Below are positions 58,153-64,000 of a stretch of 64,000 nt of DNA, one piece after another. Origin of the DNA: a virus. The position numbers and the translations under genes are program-made. The stretch is from IMG/VR virus record IMGVR_UViG_3300022752_000043. One strand, 5' to 3'. Position 1 is the first letter of the stretch, and each line of letters begins with the position of its first letter. Under the pieces are notes generated by a model. That model was not told where the DNA came from. It ran no database searches and saw only the letters and a list, made by a program, of their open reading frames with translations.

Positions 58153-60802
58153 TTAACCTAACTGAAGTAGTTTTTGGGTGTTGATATCTGGTGATTTAGT
58201 CTTCATCTTAATTATAACATTATTAACAGATCCGCTAGAAAAATAGTTTGGAAAATTGTTTCTAACTATTAGTCTAAATCTAATATAATTATTCATATAG
58301 TTGTAAATCACATTGAATGGTTGATTAATTGATTTATTGAATATAAGGTTTTTTCCATTTTGAAAAAACAAAACTTCTGATGTATTGTAAAAATTAGTTT
58401 TTTCAAAACTTCCCTTTAAGTAATTTGTTAAATTAATTGCGTAAGTTCCATCAGCAAATTTTACAAGTACGGGACTATATCCTGAGTATTCAGATAGTGG
58501 GAGTGTCCCATATGTTAAACTGTAAGTTCCATTTTTTAATTTGCTGTGATCAATAAACGGATCATTCTTTATCGTGACCATATTTTCTGGTCCTGTTCCC
58601 GAAAAGAATTCCCCCTCCCTACCCTGTTCTCCAGAACCAAGAACTTTTATCGCATTGGATAAAACAGAAATGTCTATATAATCTTGAGAAAAATTATTTT
58701 TATCTAACGAATAGCTCGCTAAATATGTTGAACTTTTATTAAAATTTTTAATTGTTATGGACTTATCAAATTTATTTAAAGAAAATGCACTTGACTCAAG
58801 TAGTTTTTGATTTTCGTATATTTTAATTGAGGTACTTTCTGGGAAAAAACGCAGTTTGGCTGTTGAGCTAAGCGGATCTACAAAGAGCATTTCCGAAGAT
58901 ATATCATCCAAACCATACGATGCTATAGGTATCCAATCTGCCTCTGCGCTGGGGGCTTCCTTAAATGAAATAGACAACTCGTAAGAGTTGGCGTCCTTTA
59001 TGTCAAATTCTGGAACATTATAATTTGATAACTGTGAATCTACATTTACTTTTGCCTTAATGCCATAAACATCTCCAGGAATTAATATCTTTTTACTTAT
59101 ATAACATGCTTTAGAAGTTGATATTTGATTACTTGCGTTATGTATACCAGCTGATTTTCCAACTTGAATTCCCTTAAGCCCAAAAGAGTATTCGTAATTA
59201 TTCAAAGAAGTATCGTTTCCGTTGTTAATCGGGGTCCTTCCAAACTGAGAACCAGAAATTATATAATCAGTCGAGTTGCCAAAATGCATATCGCCAAGAT
59301 TAGTTGAATTCATCGAAATACTCGATGGAGCACTTGAAATTTCCGATAGACGATTTTGAGTATAGGCAGTTCGTGTATCTTTAAATAAAGAATTTTTAAA
59401 TATATTCATTCTTGGACCAAGAGCTTGGGAAACAATACCTTCTACCAACATTGTTAAAGGACTATTCCTAAATTCAAAATCTTCGTCATCTACAGAAACT
59501 TGATTATTTTTTTCTGTAGTGAGATTACCTCTAGATATAGCCGAGTTTCCGTTCTGCTCAATCGGAAACTTGCAGGAATAGTATTCCGATAAGGAGTAAT
59601 TGTTTCTCTTAAATTCATCAATAGAACTATCTCTTCTGAAATATTCAATCACTATATCCTGAAGAACACTGTAGATATTTTTTCTATTTTGTTTTGAACG
59701 GTTAATATAAGAAGAAATAGACCTAGATATAACTTCATCTGTAAGCGGAGAATTGTTAGATTTTGTATATGTTCCCTGATTAAAAATTAATATTATTCTT
59801 TTTACTTTGTCTAAAGGTATATTTATATCTACAGTTGAATTAATCATGATAGGAGATTTTAGTAGTTTTTTAACTGCGTAACCTGAAACAGGGTTGTTTG
59901 AATTAAGAGAATATATTTTTTCGGCTGTCCCCGCTGATTCAACGGCGACTTGCAGTAATTGTAAACCATTACTTTCTGATGGGAATAATCTTAAAAAGTC
60001 CATTTCAGTTTCTTGGACAAGAGATACATCAAGAAGGGTTTTTGCGCCGCACTATGTACGAGTAATCATAATCGATATATTTAGATATTTCATCCATAGA
60101 AGAAGTAATTACCACGGGAGATTTAATGGAAACAGACCAAACATCAGAATCATCTTCATTAAAAAGACTCTTTGGATCTGAGGAAGATGAAACATACTGC
60201 TTATAATTTGAAGAAATTTTTATGTCTTTAATGTTATCATTAATATTTATTAAATTTATTCCAGAACCTATTTTGAATGTAGAAGAAACTGGATCTACAT
60301 AACCGTTTCCGTTTGCACTGAAGGATGGCCCACCCCTATCGATATACGTTGCTTTTTGCGATTCATATTCATTAGAATTTAGGTTATTATCAAAATTTTC
60401 AATATATGAGAAATTATATAAATCATCTTTACCAGATATAAATTGATAATTATCAATATAATTTTCGTAGTAGGCGATGGCTTTTTCTGTCTTTGCTATT
60501 TGCGAAAGCATTATTTCTGTCATTGAGTTTATAACTATATTTATAGAATTTGTTGCGTCAAAGTATCTGGAGAATCTGATTTCCAAATCTCTAAAAAAGT
60601 CTACAAAAAATTCAGACTTTATCAACTCTCTTGATATTGAAAGACTAGGAACGTACGTAGGACCAGCAGAAAATGTGGACAGGTTTCTGACTAATTCTGC
60701 TACCTGCGCTTTATCTACTCTCATACTTCTAATCAAAGAACCAACAGTTCTCTGAGAATTTTCAGAAAAAGTTTTTATTGTGTCTGGTAAAACATTTAAC
60801 AT
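58153..60802 (-). CDS. Large putative tail/baseplate protein, about 882 aa, requires CGGC at 60049-60046
   Basis: ORFs 60029..60802 and 58153..60003 join: ISKYIDYDYSYIV[G]AKTLLDVSLVQETEMDFLRLFPS. Confidence 0.85.
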
Positions 60803-60803
60803 T

Positions 60804-63800
60804 TTATACTACACCCCAATCATTACCTTCCATGTCTTGTATTTTAAATACAACACCAGCTGTAATATTTTTCCTTATTATAGAATACACTTCTTCTTTA
60901 TTAATAAAATTATCAAGAACCGTCTTTGGCATTTTGATGATTATAAACCCACCATTTGGATAAGCTTGTTGTTCTGGGGGGTAAACGTCCCAGAAAGAAA
61001 TTGCTTCTTTTGTCTGCTTAAATACTTTTTCTATATCTAAAGCCCCATAAGACTCAATATTGTTTGATTTATCAAATGTTGACTTGATTCCTCCACCTTT
61101 AACCCTTAGATCAACAATGTCTATTCCTGATGCCGGTCTGTTTTTTAATACATGAATAAGACCTATTTGTACTGCAGTGATGTCAAACGAGGAGGACTCA
61201 TACTGATTAAATATTGAGTTGTCATATGTAAAATGGACAACGCCATTAAAACTATAATCCGAAACGTGATCCCACGTGTAGGTTTGTGGGCTAGTGTAGT
61301 TTTTTACTTCAACCTTAGAGGGTTTAATGTAGATATACAAAGGCTTTTCTGGTTCAACCTCTTCTTGGTTCAGAAATGGATTTATTGGTACAGGGGAACC
61401 ATTAACGTGTTTTATAGGAATTCCACTTGCTTTTACAGCGTACGATACTCTGACCAAATCTGGATCTTGTGGTAGATCCTTTATAACATCAATAATCCCA
61501 GTGCTGCAATTAACATTTCTTATATAGTTAAAATCTAGTTGATCCCATTCATCGTCTATTGAATTTCTCGTTTCTATAAAAAGATACTGTTTTAAAACTC
61601 CAAGTGCATTTTCTGATGGCTCTACAAAAGAGGCTATGGGAACCTGTGAAAGTTGTATTTTTCTAGAAGAAAGAAAAACCGGATACTCGTTAAGAACATC
61701 AACGTACGGCTGACCAAGTATCTGTGACCATAGTACGTCTTGCATGTCAAGAGTTGAGTAAGTGGCCCTTATCGTCTTGCCACTATACTTCTGAAGCCAT
61801 CCTGTCCATCCATAATTTGGATCTACATATATTTCTCTAACAAATGAACCAGATGTTATATACAGCGGCCAGGCATCTAGTTTAGAAAGATTTGGCGGGA
61901 TAGAAGAAAGAGAAATTCTTGAAGAAGGAATGTACGTTGCATGATAAACCGGACAAGCTATTTTAACCGGTGCAGATGGAGGTGAAATTGTTCCGAATGT
62001 TTTTGAACCAATAAAATCAGATCCACCGATATTTCCATCCGCATCAAGGGCGAGTACGGCAATATAAACATTATCGGCGCCCCTATTAATTAAATCATTA
62101 TAATAAAGTGTCGTTCCTATGAATTCTTTTCTTAAACGATCATAGAAACCGTACAAAAATCCTCCATTATTTGGAGCCTCATTTTGAAGAATAAACGCAC
62201 CGTAATCTACGTTAAGCTCTGAATTAGCTGAATTACTGCTTATGAAGTTTTGTAGCTGTATGCCGTAAGGTTTACCAATTTTTTCTGGATCATTACTCGG
62301 CTGACACAAGAGTAGCAGACCATCTAAAACACTGACTGAATTTTTAGCTTTTTGTATTAAAGAACCGTCTTGTTTTAAGAGCCAATAGTTTTCTATGTTA
62401 AGATCACTACTTTTTATTATATTTGAATTTTGATAATTTAAAGATGAGGTTTGGAAAAACAATTTTTTATCTAATATTGTGGCTGATACAGAAGATTGAT
62501 TAACCGGATTTTTTGTTCCAGACAAAACATTTGAAACGTTAAGTGAACTTACATTTATCGATATCGACTTGCTGGATGTTAAATCTATTTTGATTGATTC
62601 ATCTTTGTAGTTGGGAGTTGCCCCCGCTGAAGATTGAGTATAGGGGGAAAAAGGTGGTTTGTATTCTTTGGAACTAAAATCGATTTTAGTCGTTGTTAAA
62701 TCAATTGTAGAACTACCAGTAAAGGTGGGGTAAGTTATAGATAATGGCTCAGTTGTAAATTTTACTGATTTTAATCCACTTAGATCTATTACTTCTGCTT
62801 TATTGGGAGATACGTTTTCTACTTTTCCAGAAATCTTATACTTTATGGTTACCGGTTTCGTTGTTGTTACTAGGTTGTAACCTGTTTTTTCTTCGCTATA
62901 AACAGGGACGCTTCCAGGACCCTGTATCATTGCTTCGTAGCTTATATTAAAAACTATATGCCTAATCGCATATCCTTCTGCGTAAGGGCCAAAAGATCCA
63001 CCCAACTTTCCACCCTTTATCTTTATTGAGATTACGCCGCATTCTTCCAATGGCTTATCTATAGATATTACTCGACCATTTGTTGAAATCGGAAGTGTAG
63101 ATCCAAAGGTTTGCGACTTTGAATAATTTGCTGTTTGTGTATCCAAATCAAACGCGTAACCTTTAACTTCTTCTATACTAATACCCTTATAAGACGGAGC
63201 AGCTTGAAATGACCCCGGAAGAATTCCGATGCTTTTTATGCGAACATTTCTCATATTATTTTTATTTCTATACTTAGGCGGAACAGCAATATATATGACG
63301 TCAGAAACTTCAAGTGCTCCTTCTGTCCCAGTATAAGAGATTTTTTGGAAATCTAAATCTGTATTTTTAAGTTCCCATATCTCGGCAACAGTAGCAGCAT
63401 TTCTTATGAATACCGCGGCGTCGGAATTATTGCCACTAGATACTCTATTGTAGACTTCTTGGTATCTCGCATTGTCTGTTTGAAACATTTTTTTCCAAAC
63501 CTCTCTTGTAAAAAGAGACTTGGTTTCAGTATCTACAATTCCATCCTTAATACGAGCTTTATAAACTTGTTGGAATTTTGTTACAGCGGCTGCTGTTTGG
63601 GTATCATATACTCTATTTAATGGACAATCGAGTAGCGATGAATTGGATATTTTTGCTTCTCTAAGAGTAATTTGTATGAACGCAATATATGCGGGGAGCA
63701 TGCCGGTTTGACCGACTTTGTAATTCTTATAGGTATTTCCATGTGTAACATCTCTTGTAAATAGATAGTTGTTTCTGGAAGCAATTGAATTCGTTGCCCT

Positions 63801-64000
63801 ATATTGGCCATTTAGTCTATCATCAGCTACCGCATAGGCTTCCGTTTGTGCGGGATCCGCTTCTTCAGAGGCCGTTAGTGTTTCAGACCATACTGGATCC
63901 GTAGCTTCAGTTCCAGTTTGTTTGCGGTCTATTTTATAGAATTCTTGTCTACTTAGAGTAGCTTCGTATGTTGCTTCTATTTCCGTTGACCATTGTGCGC
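60804..64000 (-). CDS. Very large virion protein with peptidoglycan-binding-like segment; open through the window edge (5' end outside)
   Basis: Frame of ORF 60804..63701 stays open to 64000: ...QTGTEATDPVWSETLTASEEADPAQTEAYAVADDRLNGQYRATNSIASRNNYLFTRDVTHGNTYKNYKVGQTGMLPAYIAF...NRVYDTQTAAAVTKFQQVYKARIKDGIVD. Confidence 0.7.
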   Translation of the reverse strand, partial: AQWSTEIEATYEATLSRQEFYKIDRKQTGTEATDPVWSETLTASEEADPAQTEAYAVADDRLNGQYRATNSIASRNNYLFTRDVTHGNTYKNYKVGQTGMLPAYIAFIQITLREAKISNSSLLDCPLNRVYDTQTAAAVTKFQQVYKARIKDGIVDTETKSLFTREVWKKMFQTDNARYQEVYNRVSSGNNSDAAVFIRNAATVAEIWELKNTDLDFQKISYTGTEGALEVSDVIYIAVPPKYRNKNNMRNVRIKSIGILPGSFQAAPSYKGISIEEVKGYAFDLDTQTANYSKSQTFGSTLPISTNGRVISIDKPLEECGVISIKIKGGKLGGSFGPYAEGYAIRHIVFNISYEAMIQGPGSVPVYSEEKTGYNLVTTTKPVTIKYKISGKVENVSPNKAEVIDLSGLKSVKFTTEPLSITYPTFTGSSTIDLTTTKIDFSSKEYKPPFSPYTQSSAGATPNYKDESIKIDLTSSKSISINVSSLNVSNVLSGTKNPVNQSSVSATILDKKLFFQTSSLNYQNSNIIKSSDLNIENYWLLKQDGSLIQKAKNSVSVLDGLLLLCQPSNDPEKIGKPYGIQLQNFISSNSANSELNVDYGAFILQNEAPNNGGFLYGFYDRLRKEFIGTTLYYNDLINRGADNVYIAVLALDADGNIGGSDFIGSKTFGTISPPSAPVKIACPVYHATYIPSSRISLSSIPPNLSKLDAWPLYITSGSFVREIYVDPNYGWTGWLQKYSGKTIRATYSTLDMQDVLWSQILGQPYVDVLNEYPVFLSSRKIQLSQVPIASFVEPSENALGVLKQYLFIETRNSIDDEWDQLDFNYIRNVNCSTGIIDVIKDLPQDPDLVRVSYAVKASGIPIKHVNGSPVPINPFLNQEEVEPEKPLYIYIKPSKVEVKNYTSPQTYTWDHVSDYSFNGVVHFTYDNSIFNQYESSSFDITAVQIGLIHVLKNRPASGIDIVDLRVKGGGIKSTFDKSNNIESYGALDIEKVFKQTKEAISFWDVYPPEQQAYPNGGFIIIKMPKTVLDNFINKEEVYSIIRKNITAGVVFKIQDMEGNDWGVV

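Noticed and set aside
5108-60802. Random sequencing/assembly indels or pseudogenisation as the cause of fragmented ORFs
   Set aside because: All breaks are +1, all lie at in-frame CGG, and long CGG-free genes are intact. Random homopolymer errors would scatter over motifs and directions. Raw-read confirmation is still required.
59894-61475. Short plus-strand ORFs opposite the virion cluster
   Set aside because: Antisense to well-supported long minus-strand genes, with no RBS or recognizable product.
63617-63811. Separate gene upstream of 63701
   Set aside because: The frame of the 60804..63701 ORF remains open to the window edge with plausible sequence, so 63617..63811 is an alternate-frame artefact.
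1-64000. Stop-codon reassignment (TAG/TGA)
   Set aside because: TAA, TAG and TGA all terminate ORFs at plausible positions; no suppressor tRNA for stops was recognised.
1-64000. CRISPR array, diversity-generating retroelement or transposon
   Set aside because: No spaced direct repeats, reverse transcriptase motif, or transposase signature seen.

Overview
This 64 kb window looks like part of a large tailed-phage genome. A mostly plus-strand accessory block (1-16.6 kb) is followed by a long minus-strand block carrying replication, nucleotide metabolism, a sigma factor and virion/baseplate genes. 

The main discovery is that many genes, including essential ones, are broken in conventional translation and every break is repaired the same way. 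An in-frame CGG must be read as a four-base codon CGGN (+1 shift, one extra base consumed). I traced 21 such sites: 14 CGGA, 1 CGGG, 2 CGGT and 4 CGGC, plus one ambiguous CGGA. They join the PHP domain to the rest of DnaE, rebuild a sigma factor needing three quadruplets, a carbamoyltransferase (two), a lipase, a holin-like protein, several nucleases, two TauD/unknown genes and large virion proteins. At conserved positions the residue needed is glycine: KPIL[G]SEFY in DnaE, EFH[G]RQHFYYT in the endonuclease, MII[G]INETSHDAS in the carbamoyltransferase, LL[G]NIIHSVLE in the PD-(D/E)XK nuclease and AEM[G]FSCEYFD in the lipase. 

The window also encodes a tRNA-Gly-like gene (1170-1240) with bacterial glycine identity features (G1-C72, C2-G71, G3-C70, U73, C35/C36). 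Its anticodon loop is UU-UCCG-A. The four bases UCCG are exactly complementary to CGGA, with unusual G37 and a 30-40 mismatch. I found no in-frame CGG needed as an ordinary Arg triplet in the long intact genes I checked by eye. This suggests a natural, genome-wide four-base CGGN=Gly code. 

Other notable content: a proteasome-beta/HslV-like Ntn hydrolase, a glutathione-peroxidase-like protein, about nine 2OG-Fe(II) oxygenases, a poly-Thr surface protein, and a cluster of tiny Lys-rich proteins.
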